From Zhongshania sp. (GTDB taxonomy: Bacteria; Pseudomonadota; Gammaproteobacteria; Pseudomonadales; Spongiibacteraceae), in contig NZ_JBFHDY010000007.1 in assembly GCF_041584495.1 (NCBI RefSeq), positions 1,231-65,230 of the forward strand: a stretch of DNA of 64,000 nt. The letters are read 5' to 3'. How positions within the stretch are numbered: position 1 is the stretch's first letter; each line of letters opens with the position of its first letter. Both the position numbers and the translations under genes were made by a program. The notes below the pieces were generated by a model. It was given only the letters and a program-made list of their open reading frames with translations. It was not told the origin of the DNA and searched no databases. This document shows, piece after piece, positions 8,873-18,305 of the stretch.

Positions 8873-10321
8873 ATGACCACTAAGCAATCTCACAAAACTG
8901 CCAAGCTCGGGCTACTCGCCTTAATTATCGGCCCAGTCATGCTGGTCGTTACGCTACTCGTCCCAGCACCCGCCGGAATGAACCCCGAAGCATGGTTAGC
9001 TCTTGGTGCTGCTCTATGGATGGCGACATGGTGGGCGACAGAGGCGGTGCCAATTCCGGCGACGGCGTTATTGCCCTTAATTCTGGTGCCGGTCTTGGGT
9101 ATTGCCAAGGTTGGGGATTTGGCGGATGCCTATGCCAACGGCATTATCTTTTTATTTTTGGGTGGTTTTCTTTTGGGTTTGGCAATGCAGCGCTGGAATC
9201 TGCACCGCCGTATTGCGCTGAATATTCTACTGGCGGTCGGTCAGCAGGCTGCGCGCCAGATCGCGGGCTTTATGATCGCCACTGCGTTTTTGAGTATGTG
9301 GGTGAGTAATACCGCAACCAGTATCATGATGCTGCCAATTGGTTTGTCGGTGATTAGTTTTTTGCCTGCGGGCAATGATGGCGAGCGGCGCCGCTTTGCG
9401 GTGGCCTTGTTACTGGCCATTGCCTATAGTGCAAGCATTGGCGGTATTGCGACCTTAATCGGTACACCGCCCAATGCGATGTTGGCGGCGTATTTAAAAG
9501 ACAACCACGATATTAGCATCGGTTTTGCTCAGTGGATGATGATTGGCCTGCCGGTGGCTGTGGCTATGCTGTTGTTTACTTGGTGGTGGTTGTGTCGCAA
9601 GGGCTTTGCGGGCTTGGAAACCGCAGGCAGTCAAGATTTGCTGCGCGTAGAATTGCATCAGCTGGGACCATTGAGTGGGGCTGAGGCGCGGGTCTTGTTG
9701 ATTTTTGTGGGCACTGCGGCGGCCTGGATTTTTCGACCCCTATTAAACGATTATGTGCCAGGGGTTAGCGACACGGTGATCGCAATGGCGGCGGGCGTGT
9801 TGCTGTTTGCGGTGCGTTCCGGCGGCCCCGACTCGCAGGCCTTGCTCGACTGGGACAGCGCCCAAAAATTGCCTTGGGGGGTATTACTGTTGTTTGGCGG
9901 CGGCTTGGCCTTGGCGGTAATGATTAAAGATTCCGGTTTGGCCGAGTGGCTGGCGCAGAACTTTGCCTTGCTCCAGGCTTGGCCGTTGTTTGCGGTGGTG
10001 CTGGTGATTGTCACGGTAATTATTTTCTTAACCGAGATCACCAGTAATACCGCCACCACGGCCACCTTCTTACCGTTGTTAGGGGCCTTGGCCGTGGCGC
10101 AGTCGGTATCGCCTATGTTGTTTGTGATTCCCGCCGCGATTGCCGCGTCGTGCGCGTTTATGATGCCGGTGGCTACGCCGCCAAATGCCGTGGTGTTCGG
10201 CAGCGGTGAACTGCGCATTAACGATATGATGCACGCAGGCCTTTTAGTGAATCTATTTGGTATAGGATTGGTAAGTATTTTGGGCTATTACATTGTGCTA
10301 GCGGTGTTTATCGCTAGCTAA
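8873..10321 (+). CDS. SLC13/DASS family sodium-coupled anion symporter
   Basis: LSMWVSNTATSIMM, GGIATLIGTPPNA, EITSNTAT and FMMPVATPPNA (two SNT/PPN motifs); many TM helices. Confidence 0.93.
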   Translation: MTTKQSHKTAKLGLLALIIGPVMLVVTLLVPAPAGMNPEAWLALGAALWMATWWATEAVPIPATALLPLILVPVLGIAKVGDLADAYANGIIFLFLGGFLLGLAMQRWNLHRRIALNILLAVGQQAARQIAGFMIATAFLSMWVSNTATSIMMLPIGLSVISFLPAGNDGERRRFAVALLLAIAYSASIGGIATLIGTPPNAMLAAYLKDNHDISIGFAQWMMIGLPVAVAMLLFTWWWLCRKGFAGLETAGSQDLLRVELHQLGPLSGAEARVLLIFVGTAAAWIFRPLLNDYVPGVSDTVIAMAAGVLLFAVRSGGPDSQALLDWDSAQKLPWGVLLLFGGGLALAVMIKDSGLAEWLAQNFALLQAWPLFAVVLVIVTVIIFLTEITSNTATTATFLPLLGALAVAQSVSPMLFVIPAAIAASCAFMMPVATPPNAVVFGSGELRINDMMHAGLLVNLFGIGLVSILGYYIVLAVFIAS

Positions 10322-10524
10322 GCTAGTGCCGTGTTTCTGGTAATTATTTAGTTGGAGACGCTACGATGAATATTGCACGTATATTTTTGGTCTGGCGCTG
10401 TGTGTTGCAGTTGTGCAGTTGGCAGCGAGGTAAAACTTAACGGGAGTTGCGAAACCAAAAAGCGCGTCCAAGTTCAGCGCGTCGAATGTCTTTTGTATCT
10501 CCCGTCGAGCAAAGAGCGGTTAGC

Positions 10525-12285
10525 TCAAATATCCCAGCTCGGTGTGGTAGCTAGCTTCTGCTCGGCATTCGCGGCTACAATATTTTGCACTCCGAGATGG
10601 TGCGATAAAAACACTTGCCCGCTCAGGTGTTTTATAAACTCGGTATGGGCGAGTACATCCATCACTGGCCCTTTTACTTCAGACAAATGCAGGGTAATGC
10701 CACTGTCTTTTAAGCGTAGGTTGATAGATTCCAGTACTTCCAGTGCGCTGAGATCAATTTCATTCACGGCAGTGCACATCAATATCACGTGCTGAATACC
10801 CGGGCAGGCGTCGACTAATTCATAAACCTTGTCTTCAATAAAACCGGCATTGGCAAAGTACAGGCTTTCGTCAATGCGCAGCGACAGGATATCGCTGTGG
10901 GTAATGACTTTATGGCGATTTATATTGCGATAGTGTTCGGTGCCGGGTACTTCGCCAACCACCGCCATGTGGGGCACCGAGGTTTTGTATAGGTGCAGGG
11001 CGAGCGAGGCGAACACGCCACAGGCGACGCCAGTTTCTACCCCCATAATTAAGGTCACAACAAGTGTGGTGACCACGGCGATAAAGTCGCTGCGTGCATA
11101 AGCCCAGGATTTTTTGAGTATGGAGAAATCCACTAGCGATAAAACTGCGACGATGATGGTCGCCGCTAAAGTGGCCTTGGGTAAGTAGGCTAAATAGGGG
11201 GTGAAATACATGGCGGCGGCGGCAATGCCCACGGCGGTAAATATACCGGCCGCTGGGGTGACGGCACCGGCATCAAAATTAACCACCGAGCGCGCGAAGC
11301 CACCAGTAACCGGATAGCCGCCAGAGAATGACGCGGCAATATTGGCGGCGCCGAGACCGATCAGTTCTTGGTTTGGCACAATGCGCTGGCGGCGTTTGGC
11401 GGCCAGCGTGTGACCCACCGATACTGACTCAACAAAACCGATAATGGATATAAACACCGCTGACAACATGAGTTCACGCCAGGCGTCGTGACCGAGCTTG
11501 GGCATTTGAAAACTGGGCAAGCCGGTGGGAACCTCACCGACCAAGACGACACCCTTGCTGCCGAGGTCAAAATAGTAGGCGGCATAACTGGTGGCAATAA
11601 TGCCGAGCACGGGGCCGGTCTTCGCTAGCATGGCCGCGGCTTTGTCACTGAGCCCCGTGCGCACTAACAGCGGTTTAAGGCCGCTGCGTACCCAGAATAA
11701 AAAGATTAGCGTGGGTAAACCCACCGCCACGGTATAAAAGTTAGTATTGGCCACCGAGGCATAGAGCGAGTGCAGCAGGGCAAACAGGTTTTCGCCATGG
11801 GCATTGATGCCCAATATATATTTAAGCTGGCTAAACGCAATGATAATACCCGAGGCAGTGATGAATCCGGCAATGACCGGGTGGGATAAAAAGTTCGCTA
11901 AAAAGCCCATGCGTAGCAAGCCCATGCCGAGTAGGAATACACCCGACAAAAAGGCCAGCAATAAGGCGGCTTCGATATAACTCACACTGCCGGCACTGGC
12001 AATATGGCCAATGGCCGATGCGGTCATTAGCGAGACCACCGCCACTGGGCCCACCGACAGGGTGCGGCTAGTGCCAAAAATACCGTAGGCGACCAGTGGC
12101 AACATACTGGCGTACAAGCCCATTTGCGGTGGCAGCCCGGCGAGCAGAGCATAGGCGAGGGACTGGGGAATTAGCATGATGGTGACGATTAATGCCGCCA
12201 GCAGATCGCTAAATAGCACATCGCGGTGGTATTCGCCTGCCCAGCCCAGAATGGGAAAGTAAGATTTAAGCGTCGTTTTTTGCAC
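10525..12285 (-). CDS. sulP: SulP/SLC26 family anion transporter with C-terminal STAS domain
   Basis: IPQSLAYALLAGLPPQMGLY, VGPVAVVS, NQELIGLGAANI and GGFARSVVN; STAS domain LRIDESLYFANA. GTG start. Confidence 0.95.
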   Translation of the reverse strand: MQKTTLKSYFPILGWAGEYHRDVLFSDLLAALIVTIMLIPQSLAYALLAGLPPQMGLYASMLPLVAYGIFGTSRTLSVGPVAVVSLMTASAIGHIASAGSVSYIEAALLLAFLSGVFLLGMGLLRMGFLANFLSHPVIAGFITASGIIIAFSQLKYILGINAHGENLFALLHSLYASVANTNFYTVAVGLPTLIFLFWVRSGLKPLLVRTGLSDKAAAMLAKTGPVLGIIATSYAAYYFDLGSKGVVLVGEVPTGLPSFQMPKLGHDAWRELMLSAVFISIIGFVESVSVGHTLAAKRRQRIVPNQELIGLGAANIAASFSGGYPVTGGFARSVVNFDAGAVTPAAGIFTAVGIAAAAMYFTPYLAYLPKATLAATIIVAVLSLVDFSILKKSWAYARSDFIAVVTTLVVTLIMGVETGVACGVFASLALHLYKTSVPHMAVVGEVPGTEHYRNINRHKVITHSDILSLRIDESLYFANAGFIEDKVYELVDACPGIQHVILMCTAVNEIDLSALEVLESINLRLKDSGITLHLSEVKGPVMDVLAHTEFIKHLSGQVFLSHHLGVQNIVAANAEQKLATTPSWDI

Positions 12286-12326
12286 AGGGATTCCTTGGCC
12301 TTATGTCGCTGTTTAGCATAGCTAAT

Positions 12327-13220
12327 TTATAGGGTATCTAAGGGCACTTTGAGGTACACGGTGCCATTGCTGTCGGCTTCGGGCAAATGTCCGGCGCGCA
12401 TATTGATTTGTAGCGCGGGAATGATGAGCTTGGGCATGCCTAAGGTGGCGTCGCGTTGCTCTCGCATGGCGACAAAGTCGTCTTCGCTTATGCCGCGGTG
12501 CACGTGAATATTATTGTCGCGCTGTTGTTTAACGGTGGTCTCAAATTCCACGTCGCGACCATTGGGCATATAGTCGTGGCACATAAACAAACGCAGTTCA
12601 TCGGGTAGTGACAGTAAGCGCTGAATTGATTGGTAGAGGACCCTGGCGTCGCCGCCGGGGAAGTCGGCGCGGGCGCTGCCGCCGTCGGGCATGAACAAGG
12701 TGTCGCCCACAAAGGCAGCATTGCCCATAATATGGGTCATGCACGCCGGCGTGTGACCAGGGGTGTGCAATGCGTGGCACTGCAAATTGCCCACGGTGTA
12801 TTGGTCGCCGTCTTTAAAGAGTTGATCAAACTGAGAGCCGTCGCGCTGGAACTGATTGCCTTCGTTAAAAATTTTACCGAAGGTTTCTTGTACCGTAATA
12901 ATGTGTTCGCCAATACCGATTTTGCCGCCAATCTGGCCTTGGATATAGGGCGCTGCCGACAAATGATCGGCGTGCACGTGGGTTTCAATAATCCACTGTA
13001 AATCGAGTTGTTGTTCGCGAATATACTGAATAATTTTATCTGCGCCTTGTAAGCCTAAATGTCCTGCGGCGTAGTCTATTTCCATAACCGAATCGATAAT
13101 TGCGCAGGCCTTGGATGTTGGGTCTTGCACAACATAGGAAAAGGTATTGGTGGCTTCGTCAAAGAAGGGAATGACGGCCGGTATTTGTTTTAGATTGGGT
13201 GTAAACGCAATGGTGTTCAT
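12327..13220 (-). CDS. MBL-fold persulfide dioxygenase (type II, Blh/ETHE1-like)
   Basis: ETHVHADHLS, TPGHTPAC, GDTLFMPDGGSARADFPGG, CHDY and LPEADSNGTVYLKVP. Confidence 0.9.
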   Translation of the reverse strand: MNTIAFTPNLKQIPAVIPFFDEATNTFSYVVQDPTSKACAIIDSVMEIDYAAGHLGLQGADKIIQYIREQQLDLQWIIETHVHADHLSAAPYIQGQIGGKIGIGEHIITVQETFGKIFNEGNQFQRDGSQFDQLFKDGDQYTVGNLQCHALHTPGHTPACMTHIMGNAAFVGDTLFMPDGGSARADFPGGDARVLYQSIQRLLSLPDELRLFMCHDYMPNGRDVEFETTVKQQRDNNIHVHRGISEDDFVAMREQRDATLGMPKLIIPALQINMRAGHLPEADSNGTVYLKVPLDTL

Positions 13221-13280
13221 TAGGCATCTCCGGTTGTAACGCGTCGCGGATTGTTTATGGTCATCATTATTGTCAAGACA

Positions 13281-14273
13281 CTATTCATAGGAAAGCGCGG
13301 TGGCTTTGCCATGAAAAATGCGGTACATAAAAAAGGTATAGAACAAAATCGCGGGCAGGGTGATAACAACACCGACTAAGGTAAATTGCAGCGACTTAAC
13401 CGAGGCGGCGGCGTCCCAAATTGTCATGTGACCAATAATAATGTCGGGAAAAATACTGTAAGCCAAGCCCAGGCTCGCCATAAGGCAAATTACCGCGGTG
13501 GCGGCGTAAATTAGCCAGCCGTAGCCGTGGCGAAGAATATTGGGTTTGCCCAACAAAATAAAAATTGCCACATAACAGATAATACAGCTTAGCGGGATGG
13601 GCAGCAGTAAGATGGTGTAGGGGAGGGTAAACCATTTCGCGGCAATAGCTGGGCTGACCATGGGCGTGGCCACCGAGACCATAAATAGGCCAAGCCCCAT
13701 GGGCCAGATTGCCATGCGGCCCCAGCTGATGGCCTTATCTAATAATGCGCCTTCGGTTTTCATTAGCAGCCAGCCGCAGCCTAATATTAAATACAGGGCG
13801 GGTAAGGTCATGGCAATGAGCGCCGAAAATAACAGGCTGGTGATGTTGTCTTGCAAGCCGGTGATGTAGGCGCCGAGCATCCAGCCTTGGGCTGTTGAGG
13901 CAATTAAGGACCCAGCAAAAAAAGCCTTATTCCAACGGCCGCGATGGTGGTCGCCCGCTTTTACCCGCAGGTCAAAGGCCACCCCGCGCAGCATTAAACC
14001 CATGAGCATGATGGTGACGGGCAAATACAAGCCGCTAAGAATAATGCCGTGGGCAAGCGGGAATGCGATTAATAAAATGCCAACACCCAGTACAATCCAA
14101 GTTTCATTGGCGTCCCAGAAGGGGCCAATAGAGGCGATCATCATGTCTTTTTCGTCTTCTTCCGCCAGTGGCAGCAATAAGCCCACGCCGAGATCGTAGC
14201 CGTCTAGCATCACGTAAATGAGCAGCGCCAAGCCCATAATGCCCATATAAATAATTGGTAGCCAATATTCCAT
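13281..14273 (-). CDS. cydB: Cytochrome bd ubiquinol oxidase subunit II (CIO-type)
   Basis: YVMLDGYDLGVG, IGPFWDANETWIVL and LMLRGVAFDLR. Confidence 0.96.
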   Translation of the reverse strand: MEYWLPIIYMGIMGLALLIYVMLDGYDLGVGLLLPLAEEDEKDMMIASIGPFWDANETWIVLGVGILLIAFPLAHGIILSGLYLPVTIMLMGLMLRGVAFDLRVKAGDHHRGRWNKAFFAGSLIASTAQGWMLGAYITGLQDNITSLLFSALIAMTLPALYLILGCGWLLMKTEGALLDKAISWGRMAIWPMGLGLFMVSVATPMVSPAIAAKWFTLPYTILLLPIPLSCIICYVAIFILLGKPNILRHGYGWLIYAATAVICLMASLGLAYSIFPDIIIGHMTIWDAAASVKSLQFTLVGVVITLPAILFYTFFMYRIFHGKATALSYE

Positions 14274-14276
14274 TGT

Positions 14277-15647
14277 TCAGTGCCCCCGGTTCTGTGGCGA
14301 TGTATCGCCAGCGCTGTTGCGGCTCGGTAAATTCATCATTCCTAAGGAGGCCGCAGGCTTGTTCGACATGTGGCGCAGAGCGGCAATATAAGAGCCCAAC
14401 AGAAACACATAAAGCGCGACATAGCCAAATAAGGTACCGGTGAGGGTGGCGCTGCTGTGATCGGCCGCGACGTCGTTCACTGTTAAAACGCCGGTGACAA
14501 TCCACGGCTGGCGGCCAATTTCAGTTACATACCAGCCGGCCAGAACTGCGATCCAGCCAGAGAATGCCATAGCCGATAAAACATGGAGCATCGGCTTGTT
14601 GGGCTGATGATGGCCGCGAAATTGCCAAGCACAGATCCACGCCGTGAGTAGCATTAGACCACCCATAGCGAGCATTACGCGAAAGGACCAAAATACCATG
14701 GCAACCGGTGGATGCTCGCCTTTAAAGTCGTTCAAACCCTGCACTTTGCCATGGGGGTCATGGGTTAAAATTAGGCTGCCAGCGTAGGGTACCTCTACGG
14801 CAAACCGGTTGCTGCGACTGGCTTCGTCCGGCAGGGCGAATACCGTAAAAGGCACTGCTTGGTCGGTGTCCCAAATAGCCTCCATTGCAGCGATTTTGGC
14901 GGGCTGATGTTCTAAGGTATTAAGGCCGTGAAGATCGCCGATAAAAATTTGCAAAGGCGTTAATACGGCGGCAATGATGACACCGGTTTTCATTACTTTC
15001 CACGTAGCTGGGCCATCAACGTTTTTCAGTGCCCGCCAGGCACTGACCCCCGCCACTAAAAAGGTGCTGGTGAGTACCGAGGCAACTAGCATGTGGAAGA
15101 AGCGATAAGGGAAGGAGGGGTTGAAAATCACTGCTATCCAGCTGTCGACCACCACCACGCCCTCTTCTAAATGATAGCCGCTTGGGGTTTGCATCCAAGA
15201 ATTTAGGCTGAGGATCCAGAATGCCGACAAGGTAGTGCCGAAGGCGACTAAAAAGGTGCTAATTAAATGTAGGCGGTTGGATACACGGTCTTTGCCAAAC
15301 AGCATAATGCCGAGGAAGGAGGCTTCTAAAAAGAAGGCCGTCAGCACTTCGTAACCGAGCAGCGGGCCTGCGACGTTCCCGGCCTTTTCCATAAACCCGG
15401 GCCAATTGGTGCCAAACTGAAAGCTCATGGTAATACCAGACACCACGCCCATCGCAAAGGTGAGGGCGAAGACCTTCACCCAAAATAAGTAGGCGTATTC
15501 CCAAGCCTTGTCGCCGGTTAGCGTGTAGCGCAAACGAAAAAATAGCAGTATCCACGCAAGACCAATAGATATGGCGGGAAAGAGAATATGAAAACTCATA
15601 TTGGTGGCAAATTGAATGCGTGCCAGTACAAAGGGGTCGAAATTCAT
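14277..15647 (-). CDS. cydA: Cytochrome bd ubiquinol oxidase subunit I (short Q-loop, CIO-type)
   Basis: ARIQFA...FHILFP, GITMSFQFGTNW, YEVLTAFFLEA, NSWMQTP, QPAKIAAMEA and GWYVTEIGRQPW. At 456 aa it has a short Q-loop; no cydX ORF seen downstream. Confidence 0.96.
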   Translation of the reverse strand: MNFDPFVLARIQFATNMSFHILFPAISIGLAWILLFFRLRYTLTGDKAWEYAYLFWVKVFALTFAMGVVSGITMSFQFGTNWPGFMEKAGNVAGPLLGYEVLTAFFLEASFLGIMLFGKDRVSNRLHLISTFLVAFGTTLSAFWILSLNSWMQTPSGYHLEEGVVVVDSWIAVIFNPSFPYRFFHMLVASVLTSTFLVAGVSAWRALKNVDGPATWKVMKTGVIIAAVLTPLQIFIGDLHGLNTLEHQPAKIAAMEAIWDTDQAVPFTVFALPDEASRSNRFAVEVPYAGSLILTHDPHGKVQGLNDFKGEHPPVAMVFWSFRVMLAMGGLMLLTAWICAWQFRGHHQPNKPMLHVLSAMAFSGWIAVLAGWYVTEIGRQPWIVTGVLTVNDVAADHSSATLTGTLFGYVALYVFLLGSYIAALRHMSNKPAASLGMMNLPSRNSAGDTSPQNRGH

Positions 15648-15720
15648 GCCTGCGCTCCCAAAAGAGATGCTATTACCAAGATTGGCGAGTGGATTAAGAT
15701 TATGGCCCTGTGTGCCTAAA

Positions 15721-15737
15721 CAGCAATAGCTGTGCCA
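15721..15737 (-). promoter_or_regulatory. Sigma54 (RpoN) -24/-12 promoter for the cydA-cydB-pdo-sulP operon
   Basis: Minus strand TGGCAC-AGCTA-TTGCTG matches consensus TGGCAC-N5-TTGCW with exact GG/GC spacing. It lies ~75 bp upstream of the cydA ATG, next to a sigma54 activator gene. Confidence 0.88.
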
Positions 15738-15843
15738 CGGCGAGCATGCCGCACTTAGCTGTACTTAAGTTGCTGTTTTATAAGTAGTATCTAATTTTCT
15801 TTGAGTGGCTTGTCAAAAATAGGCTCGATAAGCACGCGCTTTG

Positions 15844-15881
15844 TTGCCATTATTGGCAAACTATTTTGACAAATTTGGCAA
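15844..15881. promoter_or_regulatory. Two tandem palindromic upstream activator sites (putative bEBP binding sites)
   Basis: TTGCCA-TTAT-TGGCAA (15844-15859, perfect) and TTGACA-AATT-TGGCAA (15866-15881, one mismatch), 22 bp apart and roughly -140/-160 from the predicted start site. Confidence 0.7.
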
Positions 15882-15885
15882 GATC

Positions 15886-17202
15886 ATGCAGTTGATTGCA
15901 AGTGATACTGATAAAGGCTTGGCGCGGATGCTGGACGGCTACAATGATCCCGCGATTTTAGTGTCGGCAAATTATGAAATTTTGGCGACAAATGAGCGCT
16001 ACCGCGAAACCTTCGGCGAGATTGAAGTTGATCGTGGCGCCCATTGCTATGAAGTTTCCCACGGCTACCGGGTGCCCTGTGACCAAGCCGGTGAAAGCTG
16101 TCCGCTGCTTGCCTGTAAAAGCTCTGGTGCCAAAGAGCGCGTGCTGCATATTCATGGTACACCCCGGGGCAAGGAGCATGTTGATGTTGAAATGTTGCCG
16201 ATTCGCGGCGACGACGGTGAGTTACGGTATTTTGTCGAAATTTTAAGACCCGTTACGATTGCCAGTGCCGAATTTAGCACCCAGCAAATGGTGGGGCGCA
16301 GCCCGGCGTTTAATAGCTTGGTTGATATGATTAACCTCGTTGCCAGACGCGATACCTCGGTGCTTCTTATGGGTGAGTCGGGCACGGGCAAGGAGTTGGC
16401 CGCTAAGGCGATTCACGAGGCCAGCCCTCGTCATAAGCATCTTATGGTGACGGTGGAGTGCGCCGGTCTCACCGAAACCTTATTCGAGAGCGAGTTATTT
16501 GGTCACGTTAAAGGCGCATTTACCGGCGCGGTCAATAATAAACCAGGCTTGTTGGAGAATGCTGAAGGCGGCACCCTCTTTTTGGACGAAATCGGCGATG
16601 TGCCACTGGGTATGCAGGTTAAATTGCTGCGCTTGATCGAAACGGGCAGCTATCGCGCGGTGGGCAGTACCCAGCTTAAGCGCGCCCAGTTCCGTTTAAT
16701 TTGTGCCACCCACAAAAATTTAAAAGAACAGCTTGCCCGTGGGGCGTTCCGAGAAGATCTCTATTATCGCATTAACGCCTTTCCCATTGTGTTGCCGCCA
16801 CTGCGCGAGCGCCGCGAAGACGTGGGTATTATTGCTAAATCCATTCTCGGTAAACTCAGTCCAGACGAAAATTATCGTTTAACCGACTCTGGCATTAAAC
16901 TGCTCAGTGGCTGCCATTTTGCGGGTAATGTGCGGGAATTACGCAATGTGTTAGAGCGGGCAACAATTTTTGCGCACTCGAATATTATTGATGTGAAAAT
17001 TCTCGGGCAGTGTCTGTTGGATGCAGCGCCATTGCAGGCTGTTGATCAGACCGGGGAGTGGCCCGATTTAAAAACCCAGCAAGCGCGTTATCTCAATGAT
17101 TTACTTGAGTATTGTCACGGCGATAAAAGTCAGGCGGCAAAAATAGCGGGCATTAGTTTGCGATCATTTTACCGCAAGCTGGGTTTGCTGAAAAAGGAAT
17201 GA
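15886..17202 (+). CDS. Sigma54-dependent enhancer-binding protein, FisR-like (Cys-containing PAS + AAA+ + Fis HTH)
   Basis: Walker A GESGTGKE, intact GAFTGA, Walker [16 protein letters not shown] and a C-terminal Fis-type HTH. N-terminal [21 protein letters not shown]. Confidence 0.92.
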   Translation: MQLIASDTDKGLARMLDGYNDPAILVSANYEILATNERYRETFGEIEVDRGAHCYEVSHGYRVPCDQAGESCPLLACKSSGAKERVLHIHGTPRGKEHVDVEMLPIRGDDGELRYFVEILRPVTIASAEFSTQQMVGRSPAFNSLVDMINLVARRDTSVLLMGESGTGKELAAKAIHEASPRHKHLMVTVECAGLTETLFESELFGHVKGAFTGAVNNKPGLLENAEGGTLFLDEIGDVPLGMQVKLLRLIETGSYRAVGSTQLKRAQFRLICATHKNLKEQLARGAFREDLYYRINAFPIVLPPLRERREDVGIIAKSILGKLSPDENYRLTDSGIKLLSGCHFAGNVRELRNVLERATIFAHSNIIDVKILGQCLLDAAPLQAVDQTGEWPDLKTQQARYLNDLLEYCHGDKSQAAKIAGISLRSFYRKLGLLKKE

Positions 17203-17691
17203 CGCTCAGTGTTGTAAGTATTTTACAGGGATGGCAGGGTAATGATGACTTTATTAAAATACTGTTCTTTGGCGGAGCGAGTCTACTAACGCCCAATGCA
17301 GTCGATTTGCTGGATACCACCACAGTCATTCAGTTAGTTGAGCCCATAAGCGCGATAACTGAGGGCGCAGCACTTGAGATTGATGTGAGCCAGTATATTC
17401 GCGCTGACAACGACGAAGAGGCGGCACGGGTGTTCCCAGAGTTCTGTCAACGCTATGTTGCACTCTAAGTTTGGGGTGTCGGTGTATTTAGACAAGGTTG
17501 CGGGCAGGGCCGTAGGCGGCAAAAAATCATTGCGTTTAAGCGCATCGAGCGGAATGGCGACAGGCGTTAATTTTAATCGACTCAAACTACAGGTGTGTAA
17601 AGAATTCCGTCATACCGCACTGACTTGGTATAACTATGACAAACCCGCATTTTTGCCCTAAAGTTAAGAAAAGACACAGAGGTGTGTGTTC

Positions 17692-17898
17692 ATGAGCAGC
17701 GAGGCGATGCTGTTATGGGGCTTATTGTTTAGCTCTATCGGTTTGGGCTATTTTGTCTATGGTCGCAAACAGAGCAATAAAGTGGTGCTGTATACCGGCA
17801 TTGCTTTAATGCTCTATCCTTATGTATTTAGTAGTGCTATTACTGTGGTTGTGGTTGGTGTAATGCTAATGTGCGTGCCACGGGTTTTATCTTTATAA
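17692..17898 (+). CDS. Small conserved membrane protein (hypothetical)
   Basis: GAGG RBS; 68 aa with two to three hydrophobic segments and a LFSSIGLGYFVYGRKQ motif. Confidence 0.7.
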   Translation: MSSEAMLLWGLLFSSIGLGYFVYGRKQSNKVVLYTGIALMLYPYVFSSAITVVVVGVMLMCVPRVLSL

Positions 17899-17919
17899 GA
17901 CTATTTCTTTGGAGCCAAT

Positions 17920-18285
17920 ATGCTTGAAATTTTTCATGGTGCGGGTAACCGTATCGATATCGTTCTCAATGGAAAAATAGATGCTAAGGTCATGAAAAAA
18001 GCGCTAGACGATATGCTGAAAGAATCAGAAAACATTGAAGACGGTGTCATGCTATACCGTATCGAAGATTTTCAGTTTCCGTCACTGGCGGCAATTGCAC
18101 ATGAGCTATCGCGTATGCCAACGCTGCTAAAATTGATGAAAAAATTTAAACGCATTGCCGTATTGAGCGATAAAAAATGGCTTAAAAATATCAGTGAATT
18201 AGAAGGTAAATTTTTTCGAAATTTAGAAATAAAGGCTTTTGATTTTAAAGATATTGAACTTGCTGAAAACTGGCTGCAATCTTAA
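17920..18285 (+). CDS. STAS/SEC14 (SpoIIAA-like) domain protein
   Basis: GGAG RBS; KKFKRIAVLSDKKWLK and EIKAFD...AENWL motifs. Confidence 0.85.
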   Translation: MLEIFHGAGNRIDIVLNGKIDAKVMKKALDDMLKESENIEDGVMLYRIEDFQFPSLAAIAHELSRMPTLLKLMKKFKRIAVLSDKKWLKNISELEGKFFRNLEIKAFDFKDIELAENWLQS

Positions 18286-18305
18286 GCCTAGCTGGAGAAA
18301 TGCGC

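Noticed and set aside
10366-10795. Short ORF after GGAG at ~10366 and ORF 10373-10795
   Set aside because: The first stops after 24 codons; the second is largely antisense to sulP. No recognisable product.
17199-17661. ORFs 17199-17468, 17455-17661 and 17334-17585 as a gene or frameshifted secreted protein
   Set aside because: Could be a decayed gene, but I cannot recognise any family motif, so it is not supportable.
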